Part shown: positions 63,280 through 64,000 of the stretch, one piece after another
How positions within the stretch are numbered: position 1 is the first letter of the stretch
How the letters are laid out: every line of letters starts with the position of its first letter
Assembly: GCF_006345805.1 (NCBI RefSeq)
Contig: NC_043005.1
Location: forward strand, 105,648,001 to 105,712,000
DNA length: 64,000 nucleotides
Direction of reading: 5' to 3'
Source: Octopus sinensis
Taxonomy: Eukaryota
Notes under the pieces: generated by a model
The model's database searches: none
Told to the model about the DNA's origin: nothing
The model's input: only the letters and a program-made list of their open reading frames with translations
Made by a program: the position numbers and the translations under genes

Positions 63280-64000
63280 GTGAGTAGGTCATCCCTGTAT
63301 ATCTGCTCTTCTGAAAGCCGTAGTGATGGTCATTAAGGAGAGCGAGAGATATCCAAAGTGATAGAGAAGATTGTTAATGACTGGGATGTCACCGCATAAA
63401 TACACCCATCCAACCACATATATAAATCAATCAACCAACAGGGAGGAAAAGAGGGTCAGGGAGAAAGACTACTGGCTTATCTTTCGTCTTATTTCAGTCA
63501 TTCGACTTCAGCCATGCTGGAGCACCGCCTTCAAGGGCTTAGTACAACTAATCGACTCTAGTACTTATTATTTTATATGTGGTATTTGTTCTGTTGGTTT
63601 CTTTTGCTGTGCCTGAAATAATCAGCCGCAGTGTGACGCGTGCAAAGAGATGAATAAATTGTAGAGAGGGTAGCAACGATGAAAAAAAAAAAAAAGAATG
63701 CTGGTACTACTATCTTACTACTACTACTACCACGACCACCACCGCCGCCGACGCCGCCACTGCTTCCGCTGTCACCGCTGCTGCTGCTGCTGCTGCTGCC
63801 GCTGCCACTACTACTACTACTACTACTACTACAGAAAACATACAAACTACACTGTGAACAAGGAATCTCTAAGTAGTCCTTCAGTCTGTTAGAAATGGCA
63901 GCCAAAATCTTCGACGCACCTCTTCAAATATTTCTAAAACACAACCCTCCTGCAACACACAGCACAACACAATTCCTTTTCAACTAACAACATCGAATCT

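Overview
AT-rich, microsatellite-saturated animal genomic DNA. The SINE families and repeat landscape look like a cephalopod (Octopus-like) genome; this is an inference from remembered repeat families. No host gene could be named, and the few candidate host exons are low confidence. The window is dominated by mobile elements. (i) A 15-kb nest (19.5-34.7 kb) holds four Penelope-like retroelements (PLEs, RT + C-terminal GIY-YIG, Neptune-type Cys linker). Two of them are near-complete and are broken only by small indels. (ii) At least eight hammerhead-ribozyme (HHR) motifs of several families sit in PLE terminal repeats (pLTRs) or solo pLTRs, including non-canonical cores (U3-A8 and A6U). (iii) There are mariner, Tc2-like, hAT, Helitron, RTE and RLE-type LINE relics, an octamer/CCAAT-bearing MITE in two copies, and more than 15 tRNA-derived SINE copies. 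Most ORFs in the supplied track are microsatellite artefacts. The most interesting signal is the diversity of PLE-linked minimal hammerheads, especially an apparently compensatory U3-A8 core on a near-intact element. Coordinates were read by eye and may be off by a few bases at element edges.
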